Positions 1 to 11,359 of a stretch of DNA of 64,000 nucleotides are shown here, one piece after another (the first letter of the stretch is position 1; the number at the start of each line of letters is the position of its first letter). The DNA comes from Novosphingobium sp. GTDB taxonomy: Bacteria; Pseudomonadota; Alphaproteobacteria; Sphingomonadales; Sphingomonadaceae. The notes beneath the pieces are model-generated. The model was given only the letters and a program-made list of their open reading frames with translations. It searched no databases and had not been told where the DNA came from. The position numbers were made by a program, and so were the translations under genes. The stretch spans positions 8,423 to 72,422 of the forward strand of contig JAGREN010000050.1 in the NCBI GenBank assembly GCA_020446505.1, given 5' to 3'.

Positions 1-327
1 CCATCCCGCTACGACCATTCCTGCAAGCGCACAGCCATATTCGAGCACGATCCACTCGGGCGAATTGCGTGACCAGATCGCCACGCGGTCGCCTTGCGAG
101 GCGCGTTCCAGCAACCATGTAGCCACGCGCGCGGCCGCGTCGAACAGTTCGGCGTAGCTCAGGCCTTGAAGCCTATCGCCGTCCAGCCATTTGAGCGCGG
201 GCCGCTCGCCCATCCGTGTGGCCTTGTCGCGCAGACATTCGCCGATGGTCATGTCCAGCAACGGCACGGACGTGTCGGCAGGGATGTAAGCCAGCCCAGT
301 GGCGGGATCGGGTTTGCCGTCAAACAT
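1..327 (-). CDS. Acyl-CoA synthetase (AMP-binding), N-terminal part only; runs off the left edge
   Basis: Not in the ORF track. Manual translation from ATG at 327: MFDGKPDPATGLAYIPADTSVPLLDMTIGECLRDKA...RVAIWSRNSPEWIVLEYGCALAGMVVAGW, open to position 1. Shares IWSRN...CALAGMVV with the ligase at 62882. Confidence 0.8.
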   Translation of the reverse strand, partial: MFDGKPDPATGLAYIPADTSVPLLDMTIGECLRDKATRMGERPALKWLDGDRLQGLSYAELFDAAARVATWLLERASQGDRVAIWSRNSPEWIVLEYGCALAGMVVAGW

Positions 328-369
328 GCGCGAAGCCGGCGATATTGAATCGATTCAGAGTCATTGCCG

Positions 370-1530
370 CTATCTGAACCGGCGGAAGAACTCCCGCAAG
401 TCCCCGACGATCGTATCGGGCACTTCCGCCGGGGCAAAGTGGCCGCCCTTTTCCTCGACCTTCCAGCTCTGGACGTTGTAGACCCGGTCGGCCCACTTGC
501 GCGGCAGGTTCCAGACGTCGCCCTTGAATTGCTGGACGGCCGTGGGGACATCGATAATCGGCGTCTTGTCCGGCACCTTGCCAAGCGCAATACTCTCGTC
601 ACCTGGCGGAGAGAAGTAATGCCGGGCAGAACTGAGATAGGTTTCGGTCAGCCAGTAGAGCATCACATTGTCGATCAGCTCGTCCTTGGACCAGACCGAC
701 TCGATATCGCCGCCCGTATCTCCCCAGTCGCGGCGCTTCTCGACCATCCAGGCCGCCTGGCCAACGGGGGAATCAGTCATCGCATAGGCAATGGTCATCG
801 GCTTGGTGCGCTGGATCTGCATATAGCCCGAGCCGGTTGCGTAGTAGTCCGCCATCTTGGCGCCGCCTGCGAATTCGTGCTCCTCGAAATCCTCCGGCTG
901 CGGATTGCCGCCAAGGAACGGGATAAGCAGGTGCAGATGAACCCCGGTCAGACGGTCGGGATGGGTATAGCCCAGCAGCGTCGAGATCGCCGATCCCATG
1001 TCGCCACCCTGGGTTCCGAACTTGTCATAGCCCAGCTCGTCCATCAGTTTGACGTAGTAGTCTCCGACCCGGTTAAGGCGCAGGTCAGTGGTCAAAGGAC
1101 TCGAAAAGGCAAAGCCGGGAATCGAAGGGCACACCACGTCGAACGAATCCTCCGGATCGCCGCCATAGGCCGCCGGATCGGACAGCGGGCCGATGATCCT
1201 GCGCATGTCCCAGAAGGTCCAGGGCCAGCCGTGATTGATGATCAGCGGCATCGGGTTCGGCCCCTTGCCCTTCGCATGGACGAAGTGGATCGGCACACCG
1301 TCTATGTCAGCCATGAACTGCGGCAGCTTGTTCATCTCGGCTTCGCGCCCGCGCCAGTCATAGGTGTTGAGCCAGTAATTGGTCAGCTCGCGCATGTAGG
1401 CGAGGTTCGCTCCCTGCTGCCAATTGCTGTTGTCGCCAATTTCGGCCGGCCAGCGGGTGCGTTCGAGCCGCTCGCGCAGATCGGTGAGCGCAGCGTCGGG
1501 AATTGCGATCTCAAACGGCTTGATGGTCAT
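370..1530 (-). CDS. Epoxide hydrolase (microsomal/EHN type, alpha/beta fold)
   Basis: N-terminal PFEIAIPD...L..RL...RWP, HGWP oxyanion motif, GGDMG nucleophile Asp, GGHFAPAE catalytic His. Confidence 0.93.
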   Translation of the reverse strand: MTIKPFEIAIPDAALTDLRERLERTRWPAEIGDNSNWQQGANLAYMRELTNYWLNTYDWRGREAEMNKLPQFMADIDGVPIHFVHAKGKGPNPMPLIINHGWPWTFWDMRRIIGPLSDPAAYGGDPEDSFDVVCPSIPGFAFSSPLTTDLRLNRVGDYYVKLMDELGYDKFGTQGGDMGSAISTLLGYTHPDRLTGVHLHLLIPFLGGNPQPEDFEEHEFAGGAKMADYYATGSGYMQIQRTKPMTIAYAMTDSPVGQAAWMVEKRRDWGDTGGDIESVWSKDELIDNVMLYWLTETYLSSARHYFSPPGDESIALGKVPDKTPIIDVPTAVQQFKGDVWNLPRKWADRVYNVQSWKVEEKGGHFAPAEVPDTIVGDLREFFRRFR

Positions 1531-1597
1531 GTGGCTTCCTCTCCTGCCTTGGCCGCTACAGGTATAGCTAATGATACACTGTCGTCCATATCTCTTG

Positions 1598-1614
1598 CGA
1601 TATATTGTGGATCA
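1598..1614. promoter_or_regulatory. Operator-like motif A (CGATATA-TTG-TGGATCA) in the divergent promoter
   Basis: Matches YGATAY-N4-TG(G/C)ATCA copies at 15081, 17195 and 45231 (reverse). Confidence 0.55.
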
Positions 1615-1657
1615 TAGTATGCCGGGCCCGAGAGACCAGAATGGCGAGCGGAGCACC

Positions 1658-2500
1658 ATGAGCAACCTGACCATCAAGAAGATCGACTGGCAGTTTGACG
1701 GCATCGATTTCTACTTCAACCCGAAGCAGCGCAATTTCTCGGCCTTCAACAACATGATCAGCTTCATGGCGCCAGGGATGGAACGCTATTTCTGCAAGGC
1801 GATGAAGGATGCCGAAGAGCACATCACCGATCCGCGCGTGCTTGACGAATGCAAGGACTTCAACCGCCAGGAAATGGAACATTCCAAGGCGCATGTGAAG
1901 CATTGCAAGGCGCTGATTGCCAAATATCCCGGCCTTCAGGAAGCGCTCGACGCTTCGTTCGAGCTGTATGACGAGCATTACAAGGCTCACGATCTGAAAT
2001 ATCACCTGTCCTACATGGGCGGTCTGGAATCGGCCTTCACCCCGCTGTTCGGCACGATCATCAATCATCGCGATCAGCTGTTCGGCGGTAGCGACCCCAG
2101 AGTTTCCTCGCTTTTCCTGTGGCATTATTGCGAGGAGATCGAGCACCGCTCGTCCGCGATCACGGTCTACAACCACGTCATCGGCGACAACAGGTATCGT
2201 ATGCGCAACGTAAAGCCGATGGGCGCCCATGGCCGGATGATCAGCGAAACGCTGATGGAGATTTTCAGCCGGGCTGTTCCGGAATGGGATACGCCCGATG
2301 CGCACCTCAAGTGGGCGGATACCTTGCCCAAGTGGACGAGGCGCATGATGGGACTGAAGATCCTTGCCTCGCAGCTTCCCTATTATCCGCACCAGGCCCA
2401 GCCGCTGCCCAAGTATTTCGCGGAATGGAACCGGCGATACGAAGCGGGCGAGGATATGCGCGTGACCTATCCGGAAACGCCGCTCGCAACCGCAGCCTGA
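1658..2500 (+). CDS. 'Predicted metal-dependent hydrolase' (PF10118-like), ferritin-like diiron protein, copy 1
   Basis: ATG 1658 after GGAG. Ligand-like motifs MERYF, QEMEHSKAH, GLESAF, WHYCEEIEHRS. Paralogue at 15153. Confidence 0.82.
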   Translation: MSNLTIKKIDWQFDGIDFYFNPKQRNFSAFNNMISFMAPGMERYFCKAMKDAEEHITDPRVLDECKDFNRQEMEHSKAHVKHCKALIAKYPGLQEALDASFELYDEHYKAHDLKYHLSYMGGLESAFTPLFGTIINHRDQLFGGSDPRVSSLFLWHYCEEIEHRSSAITVYNHVIGDNRYRMRNVKPMGAHGRMISETLMEIFSRAVPEWDTPDAHLKWADTLPKWTRRMMGLKILASQLPYYPHQAQPLPKYFAEWNRRYEAGEDMRVTYPETPLATAA

Positions 2501-2524
2501 CCGGCTGCGGTTGCACGCCGCAAG

Positions 2525-3997
2525 CTAACCCGCGCGCCAGTAGAGCGTCTCGCCGTCTTTCTCGATCCGGCCCGACGTTCCGACCGGCTCGGTCTTTCCG
2601 TCGGTCAGGAAGGCGATGGTCGCCGCGTCCTCACCCGTTACCTTGGCGACCACGCGCCGCCTGTCAGGCGTGAGCGCAACGATCGTGCCGCCTGTGGGAT
2701 CGCCCTCGCGCGAGTGGAACACGGTGTAGGTCTCGATCTCGGCCGGGCCTTCGTAGGTCTGGTCGTTGGCCGGGATCGGTCCGCGCCGCGCGTCGGCCTC
2801 GGCATCGAACCGGTAGTGCTGCGGGAACGAGACGCCCTCGACCGGCTCGGACGACAGCACCAGCGTGTGGTGGTGCGTGCAATAGCCGCCGTTACCGTAG
2901 AGCAGACCCTTGCCGCCGCCTGCCCTGAGCTTGCCGACCATCGCCGCGGTGGCGTGCATCATGTAGTTGCCGAGCGGCCCGCCACCGAAGGTCAGGCCGC
3001 CGTGGACGGTGAGCGGCTGGTCGTCGCCCACCCCCAGCGAGCGCCGTGCCATCTTGGGTACCACCGGGAAGCAGGAATAAAGCTCGATGTAGTCCATCTC
3101 GCCTGCCGAAAGGTGATTTTCCTCCAGCGCCTTTTCAAGCGAGACATCCATCGCCGGCGTTCCGGTAAAGCTGTCACGCTCCAGCGGCTCTTCCGCCTCG
3201 TAGGCCTGCGCACCAGCACCGATATAGACCAGCCGCGATTCGTCCACGCCAGCCGCACGCGCCGTGGCGAGGCTGGTGACGATCACCGCCGCGCCCTGGT
3301 TCACCGACGAATTGGCGACCTGCAGCTTGGTATAGGGAAATGACAGCGGGCGGTTATCGGCCGTCGGCGTCACGATCTCGTCTGCCTTGCGCGGCTTCTT
3401 GATCCATGCGCCTTCGGCATCGGCGGCGACTTCGGACATCTTTTCCCAGATGCGACCGGATTCGGCCTTCGCCTCGTCGAGCGACTGCCCCCAGGCCGCG
3501 CGCGTCGCGTTTTCGTAAAGTGGATAGATGTCCTGCGGAGCGGTCAGGCCGTAGCGTTGCTGTACGTCGGCCGCGACCATCGCCGCATTGCCGAACAGAC
3601 TGCCGCCACCCTGCGGGCGCTTTGCCGCCGTGCGCAGCGCCTCGCCGCCGCAAGCGATGCACACGCTCGCCTCGCCAGAGGTAACCGCGTTGGCGGCATC
3701 ACTGATAAGCTGGATCGGCGCATCGCCATAGGGCGGCTTCTCGATCCGTGTGGCGGGCGTGATCCCGAGCTGCTGAGGCAACAGCGTCAGCACGTCCATG
3801 CCGCGAAAGGCAATCTGCTGGACGTTGGCGAGCCAGTCGCACCTCTCCAGCCAGCCGCCGCCCGCATCTGCATCGGCCTTGCGAATCGCTTCGGCCATGA
3901 GGCCGACCGAATCGAGGCCCTCCATAGGATCGTCAGGGCGGTCGTTCACCTGGCCCACGCCGATGATGACGGGAATGCGGTTGGGATCGGCGGTCAT
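2525..3997 (-). CDS. Thiolase-like protein (atypical acetyl-CoA acetyltransferase family, with extra C-terminal domain)
   Basis: PVIIGVGQ start, ELYSCFP, TVHGGLTFGGGPLGNY; C-terminal extension GPAEIETYTV. Confidence 0.82.
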   Translation of the reverse strand: MTADPNRIPVIIGVGQVNDRPDDPMEGLDSVGLMAEAIRKADADAGGGWLERCDWLANVQQIAFRGMDVLTLLPQQLGITPATRIEKPPYGDAPIQLISDAANAVTSGEASVCIACGGEALRTAAKRPQGGGSLFGNAAMVAADVQQRYGLTAPQDIYPLYENATRAAWGQSLDEAKAESGRIWEKMSEVAADAEGAWIKKPRKADEIVTPTADNRPLSFPYTKLQVANSSVNQGAAVIVTSLATARAAGVDESRLVYIGAGAQAYEAEEPLERDSFTGTPAMDVSLEKALEENHLSAGEMDYIELYSCFPVVPKMARRSLGVGDDQPLTVHGGLTFGGGPLGNYMMHATAAMVGKLRAGGGKGLLYGNGGYCTHHHTLVLSSEPVEGVSFPQHYRFDAEADARRGPIPANDQTYEGPAEIETYTVFHSREGDPTGGTIVALTPDRRRVVAKVTGEDAATIAFLTDGKTEPVGTSGRIEKDGETLYWRAG

Positions 3998-4323
3998 GTC
4001 AGGTCCTCTTCCAGAATCGTGATTTGTCAGCTTGGCCGGTCATGCGTTTTCGCATCGAGCGCGATCAGTTACCCAATTGGATCGCATGATGCCACCATAT
4101 GCTTGATCTCGTAGCTCGCGATGGGACGATACCATGTAACGCGCGGCTCCTTCACCAGCCGAACGAGAAAGATCCGCGCTTCGGGCATCGAGGGCATGGC
4201 TCCGGGCGAGCGATGCGGGCAGGCACCGACAATCTGGCATGGCGGACCTCCGTGCGGACAATGCGGTCGTCGTGGCCGGGCGCGATCATGTTCGGGATGA
4301 CCTCCTGATGCCTCGGTTATGGT

Positions 4324-4728
4324 CTAGGTGTTCGACATCAGTTCGACGAGATTGCCGTCCGGATCCTTGAAATAGACCGACTGCGCCTGATTGCCTTCGT
4401 TGTCGATGCGCGGTGCCGGGCCTTCGATGATCTCGATGCCGTTCCGTTTGAGCAGTTCCTCGGCTTCCTTGATCGTGCCGCCAAAGCGGAAGCAGATGTC
4501 GACCGAGCCGGGCGTCGGCAGGTCGGCCACGAGATCGATGCCGTTGCCCTGCTGGTGAACGTTGATCCGCACTGCCCCGCCAATGATGACGGTGCGCACC
4601 AGAGTGCGTCCGTCAGGCGCGTGGTCGAACGGCACTTCGGCCCCGAACAACCGGTCATAAAACTGTGTCGTGCGCTCGACGTCGGCAACGGTGATCGCGA
4701 CGTGATCGATGAATTTCAGCAGGGCCAT
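4324..4728 (-). CDS. VOC/glyoxalase family protein (single domain)
   Basis: IDHVAITVAD and SVYFKDPDGNLVEL motifs. Confidence 0.9.
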   Translation of the reverse strand: MALLKFIDHVAITVADVERTTQFYDRLFGAEVPFDHAPDGRTLVRTVIIGGAVRINVHQQGNGIDLVADLPTPGSVDICFRFGGTIKEAEELLKRNGIEIIEGPAPRIDNEGNQAQSVYFKDPDGNLVELMSNT

Positions 4729-4860
4729 GACGAGCCGTTCCCTCTCCCGGTTGAATTAATAGGCCGACATTGCATCATTATGGACACGGCGCGCAATCCA
4801 ATACAGTATGAGCCATTGCATATCGCAGCTTTGGCTGCACTGATTCTCGGGAGAACAATC

Positions 4861-6521
<1,661 letters not shown>

Positions 6522-6525
<4 letters not shown>

Positions 6526-7433
6526 GCGCGATCAGGGAAGGCAACGTCGCCGTCATCACCGGAGCCGCCAGCGGCATCGGCTATGCGCTTGCAGAGGAAG
6601 CCTTGCGGCGCGGCATGAAGGTCGTCGTCTCCGACATACGCGAGGAGGCCCTGGCCGAAGCCGCCGCGAAGCTGACCGGACAGGGTGCGGACGTGCTCGC
6701 CGTTCTGGCTGACGTGACGAGCGAGGAAAACATCATCGCCCTGCGCGACAAGGCGCTCGAAAAGTTCGGCAAGGTCAACCTGCTGATCAACAATGCCGGC
6801 GCCTTCGTCGGCGGCCTCGCCTGGGAAACCAGCGCGCAGCAGATGGACTGGATCGTCGATCTCAACTTCAAGAGCGTCGCGCACGGCATCCGCACCTTCG
6901 TGCCGCAGATGATCGCCCAGGGCGACGAATGCCACGTCATGACCGTGGCATCGGCCGCCGGTCTTTCGGTCTATCCGGGCTATGCGACCTATTCGCCGAC
7001 CAAGCACGCGGCGCTGGCCATCACCGAGGCGCTCTATCTCGATCTCGCCGTCGAGGGCATCGACACCATCGGCGTGACGGTCATCATGCCGGGAATGGTG
7101 CGCACCGACATCATGAACCCCGAAAAGGTCAGCCCGGCGGCGCTGGGTCTGGACCGCGAGGCACGCCACGCCAACGCCACCGTGCGCGGAGTGGAAGCGA
7201 CGATGACCTCTGCGCTGGACGGGGCCATGCCGCCCGAGGAACTGGCGCGCTGCGTGTTCGATGCGGCAGATGCAGGCGAGCTCTACATCCTGCCCAACCA
7301 CGATGCCGAAGGGCCAACTTCGATGGTCAAGGCCATCGCCAACGGCAGAGCTACCGGCACCAATCCGTGGCCTGCTATCATGGGGAGCACCATGACGCGC
7401 ATGTTCGGCAAGACAGAGCCAGCCGACACCTGA
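6522..7433 (+). CDS. Short-chain dehydrogenase/reductase
   Basis: GTG start overlapping the BVMO stop (GTGA). TGAASGIG, NNAG, YSPTK. Confidence 0.92.
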
Positions 7434-7467
7434 ATGAAACGGCGCCGCGTGGCGCGGGAGAGAGAGC

Positions 7468-9243
7468 ATGACACAGCAATTCGATACGGTAATCCGGGGC
7501 GGCCTGATCGTTGACGGGACTGGCGCGGAACCCACCATCGGCGACGTTGCAATCCGTGACGGCGTGATCGTCGCGGTCGGCAAGGTGGATGGTGAGGGTG
7601 CGCAGGAAATCGACGCGACCGGCCTTGCGGTAACGCCCGGCTTCATCGACCTGCACACCCATTACGACGGGCAGGCGATCTGGTCGCAGCGGCTGAACCC
7701 CTCGTCCGGTCACGGCGTCACCACCGTGGTCATGGGCAACTGCGGCGTCGGCTTTGCGCCGTGCCGTCCGTCCGACCGCGACTTGCTCGTGATGACCATG
7801 GAAGGCGTGGAAGACATTCCCGGCGTCGTCATGGCCGAAGGGCTGACATGGGACTGGGAAACCTTCCCCGAATTCATGGCTGCGCTGGACGCACGCAAGC
7901 GCGACATCGACGTGGCCGTCTTCGCTCCCCATTCGCCAATCCGTGTCTATGCAATGGGTGATCGCGGCGCCAATCGTGAGCCGGCGTCGGCAGAAGACCT
8001 CGAAAAAATGCGCGACCTCTCGCGCGAAGCCATCGCGGCAGGTGCCATCGGCGTTGCGACCAGCCGCACCCTGATCGACCGCCGGGCAGACGGCGAGCCG
8101 GTGCCGAGCTTCGATGCACCCACCGAGGAACTGGTAGCTCTCGCCCAAGGCGTCAGAGAAGGCGGCGGCGGCCTGGTCCAAGTCTTGCCCGAGTTCGGCA
8201 TGAACGGAAATCCGCCCGAAGCGGACTTCGAAATCATGCGCTCAGTCGCACAGGCAAGCGGTTTGCCGGTAACATTCAGCATCGTGCCGGGGCGGTCCGA
8301 CAAGGCCAAGAGCTTCTGGCAGGAGCTGATGGACCTCGTGGAAAATTACAACGCCAGTGGCGAAGGCCCCAAGCTGCACCCGCAATTTGCGCCGCGCCCG
8401 GTCGGCATGCTGGCGAGCTTCGATCTCACCAGCAATCCGTGGGCCGATTGCCCGACCTACAAGGCGCTGGCGCATCTCCCGATCGAGGAGCGCGTGAAGG
8501 AACTGAGCAAGCCGGAAGTGAAGGAAAAGATCCTCACCGAAACGCCCGACGAGGCCGTCATTCCGCTCACGGCGCTGACCCGCAACAACTACCATGTGAT
8601 GTTCGAGGTTACCTCCAACCCGAAGTACGAGCCGGAACCGGGTCAGTCGATCAAGGACCGGGCCGAGGCCATGGGCGTCTCGCCCGAGAGCCTCGCCTAT
8701 GACCTGCTGCTGCAGGACAATGGCCGCAACTACCTGCTCGTCGCCTTCGGCAACTATCCCGAGGATACGCTCGACCACCTGTTCCGCTTCTACGACAATC
8801 CCGATGCCGTGATGGGGCTTGGCGACGGCGGCGCGCACTATGGCCTGATCGTCGATTCGACCTATCCGACCTTCGTGCTCCAGCACTGGGCGCGCGACCG
8901 GCAGGGCCGCAGGCTGACGCTCGCACAAGCCGTGCAGGCAATGACGTCACAGCCAGCCGCAGTCATCGGCTTCGACGACCGCGGCGTGATCGCGCCGGGC
9001 AAGAAGGCGGACATCAACGTAATCGACCACAAGGCGATCCGCATGGACGCCCCGCGCGTCGTTTCGGACCTGCCCGGCGGCGGCCGCAGGCTGGACCAGC
9101 AGGCGCACGGCTATCGCTACACGCTGGTCAATGGCGAGGTCATTCTGAAGGACGACCAGCCGACCGGCATATTTCCCGGCAAGGTCGTGAAGGGCGCGGG
9201 CGCGAAGCAAGGCGAAGCGGCTCCGGCGGAGAGCATGGCCTGA
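7468..9243 (+). CDS. N-acyl-D-amino-acid deacylase-like amidohydrolase, copy 1
   Basis: IRGGLIVDGTG, PGFIDLHTHYD, GNCG, GLGDGGAH, G.IAPGKKAD. Confidence 0.9.
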   Translation: MTQQFDTVIRGGLIVDGTGAEPTIGDVAIRDGVIVAVGKVDGEGAQEIDATGLAVTPGFIDLHTHYDGQAIWSQRLNPSSGHGVTTVVMGNCGVGFAPCRPSDRDLLVMTMEGVEDIPGVVMAEGLTWDWETFPEFMAALDARKRDIDVAVFAPHSPIRVYAMGDRGANREPASAEDLEKMRDLSREAIAAGAIGVATSRTLIDRRADGEPVPSFDAPTEELVALAQGVREGGGGLVQVLPEFGMNGNPPEADFEIMRSVAQASGLPVTFSIVPGRSDKAKSFWQELMDLVENYNASGEGPKLHPQFAPRPVGMLASFDLTSNPWADCPTYKALAHLPIEERVKELSKPEVKEKILTETPDEAVIPLTALTRNNYHVMFEVTSNPKYEPEPGQSIKDRAEAMGVSPESLAYDLLLQDNGRNYLLVAFGNYPEDTLDHLFRFYDNPDAVMGLGDGGAHYGLIVDSTYPTFVLQHWARDRQGRRLTLAQAVQAMTSQPAAVIGFDDRGVIAPGKKADINVIDHKAIRMDAPRVVSDLPGGGRRLDQQAHGYRYTLVNGEVILKDDQPTGIFPGKVVKGAGAKQGEAAPAESMA

Positions 9244-10175
9244 TGTCGGACCGCACGCTCCACCCTTTCTGCGCGACCGTCGTCGCCAACCGCAAGGAAG
9301 CGGGCATTCCCGAATATGCCTCGCTGCCTCCCGAGGGCGCGCGCGCACTCATGACCTCGGTCATGGCAGCCGCGCCGCCGCCAACCGACCTGCCCGAACT
9401 GACTGCTGTCAGCAATTTCACGATCCCCGGCCCGCATGGCGACATTCCCGTGCGACGCTACACGCCGCTTGGGGAGGCAAAGGCCACAATCGTCTATTTC
9501 CACGGTGGCGGCTGGGTTCTGGGCGATCTCGAAACCGGCGACGGCATCTGCCGCCGCTGGGCCGGGTGGGCCGGCGTCGAAGTGCTGAGCGTGGACTATC
9601 GCCTCGCGCCCGAATACCCCTTCCCCATCCCGCTCGACGAGTGCTTCGCCGGACTTGAATGGGCCGATCAGAACATGCCCCACCCGCTGTTCATCGCTGG
9701 TGACAGCGCGGGCGGCAACCTCTCCGCAGCTATCGCCATCCGCGCCCGCGACGAAGGTGGTCCGGACCTTGCCGGACAGATCGTGATCTACGGTGCGCTC
9801 GGCCTCGATTACGAGACGGCCTCCTACCGCGAAGTCGGCGACAAGGGCTGGATGCTGTCCGGCAACGACATGGAATATTTCTGGGGCCATTACCTTTCCG
9901 GCGACGGAGAAAACGGCTCTGCGCTGGCGGTTCCGCTGAACCTCAAGTCTGCTTCAGGTCTGGCTCCTGCCTTCATCTGCACCGGAGACTGCGACGTCCT
10001 GTGCGACGACAACCTGGCCTATGCCGACAAGCTGCGCGAAGCTGGCGTGCCAGTCGAACTGCGCGTCGATCCGGGCATGTTCCACGGCTACTATTCGATG
10101 ACCAGTTTCGCCGAACCGGCCAAGGCAACCGTCGACGCAACAGTGCGCTGGATCGGCGAGAGGATCGCTGCCTGA
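9243..10175 (+). CDS. Alpha/beta hydrolase, HSL-family esterase/lactonase
   Basis: HGGGW, DYRLAPE, GDSAGG, D..CDD and HG catalytic motifs. Confidence 0.93.
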   Translation: MSDRTLHPFCATVVANRKEAGIPEYASLPPEGARALMTSVMAAAPPPTDLPELTAVSNFTIPGPHGDIPVRRYTPLGEAKATIVYFHGGGWVLGDLETGDGICRRWAGWAGVEVLSVDYRLAPEYPFPIPLDECFAGLEWADQNMPHPLFIAGDSAGGNLSAAIAIRARDEGGPDLAGQIVIYGALGLDYETASYREVGDKGWMLSGNDMEYFWGHYLSGDGENGSALAVPLNLKSASGLAPAFICTGDCDVLCDDNLAYADKLREAGVPVELRVDPGMFHGYYSMTSFAEPAKATVDATVRWIGERIAA

Positions 10176-10238
10176 GAATCATAGACGCCCGCACCTGCAC
10201 GGGTTAGACCTTCGACCAAATCAACACCTGGAGAGACC

Positions 10239-11324
10239 ATGAAAGCCGCAGTCCTTCGCGAAATCAAAGCGCCGCTCACCATCGAGGACGTCGATCTCGA
10301 CGCCCCTGGCCCAGACGAGGTCCGCATCCGCGTCGTCAGCAGCGGCCTGTGCCATTCGGACTACCACTCGATCTCCGGCGACTTCCCGGTGCCCATGCCG
10401 GCCGTCCTCGGCCACGAGGCAGCGGGCGTGGTCGAAGCGGTCGGCTCGGACGTTACCGAATTCAAGAAAGGCGACGCGGTCGTCTCCTGCGTCTCGATGT
10501 ATTGCGGGCATTGCCGCGAATGCCTCGACGGGCACAACAATGTCTGCGGCGACAAGCCTTCGGCGCGCCCGGCTGACAAGCCTGCGCGCATCACCAAGGG
10601 CTCGGAAGTCTTCAACCAGTACGCCGGGCTTGGCGCCTTTGCCGAGGAAATGCTGGTCCACCGCACCGGCCTGACCAAGATCCCCGAAGGCATGCCGCTG
10701 GAAAAGGCCGGCCTGCTGGGTTGCGCCGTGCTGACCGGCGTTGGCGCTGCACTCAATGGCGCGAAGATCAGGCCCGGCAGCACCGTGGTCGTGGTCGGCG
10801 CAGGCGGCGTCGGCCTTAACGTCATTCAGGGCGCAAAGCTGGCGGGTGCGGCGCGGATCATCGCCGTCGACATCAACGAGCGCAAGTTCGACCTCGCCCG
10901 CGTCTTCGGCGCGACCGACTGCGTCAAGGGCGGGCCGGACGCCATTGCCGAGGTTAAGGAAATGACCGGCGGCGGCGCTGACTATGCCTTCGAGGTGATC
11001 GGCCTGACGCAGACGCAGGAACAGGCGCTGATGATGCTTCGCCGCCTCGGAACGCTGATGATCGTCGGCATGGCGCCGATGACGTCGCAGTTCAAGGTTT
11101 CGGGCGTGATGATGATGGCCCAGCAGCTCGAGATCAGAGGCTCGCTGATGGGTTCCGCCCCGTTCCAGATCGCCATTCCGGAATATGCGCAGCTCTATCT
11201 CGACGGCAAGCTGAAGCTCGACGAGATGATCTCCCAGAACATCAAGCTGGAAGACATCAACGACGGCTACGCCAAGATGATGGCAGGCGACGTGGCGAGG
11301 AGCGTGATCGTCTTCGACAGCTGA
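10239..11324 (+). CDS. Zn-dependent alcohol dehydrogenase
   Basis: GLCHSD, GHEAAG, CGHCRECLDGHNNVC structural Zn site, LGCAVLTG, GAGGVG. Confidence 0.95.
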   Translation: MKAAVLREIKAPLTIEDVDLDAPGPDEVRIRVVSSGLCHSDYHSISGDFPVPMPAVLGHEAAGVVEAVGSDVTEFKKGDAVVSCVSMYCGHCRECLDGHNNVCGDKPSARPADKPARITKGSEVFNQYAGLGAFAEEMLVHRTGLTKIPEGMPLEKAGLLGCAVLTGVGAALNGAKIRPGSTVVVVGAGGVGLNVIQGAKLAGAARIIAVDINERKFDLARVFGATDCVKGGPDAIAEVKEMTGGGADYAFEVIGLTQTQEQALMMLRRLGTLMIVGMAPMTSQFKVSGVMMMAQQLEIRGSLMGSAPFQIAIPEYAQLYLDGKLKLDEMISQNIKLEDINDGYAKMMAGDVARSVIVFDS

Positions 11325-11359
11325 TCGAAATCACGCCAATTTCCACGGGAGAGGAAGCC

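Noticed and set aside
4069-4197. Possible 42-45 aa ORFs on the minus strand in the 326-bp gap between the VOC and thiolase-like genes
   Set aside because: No recognisable motif and poor RBS spacing; cannot be supported without conservation or Ribo-seq data.
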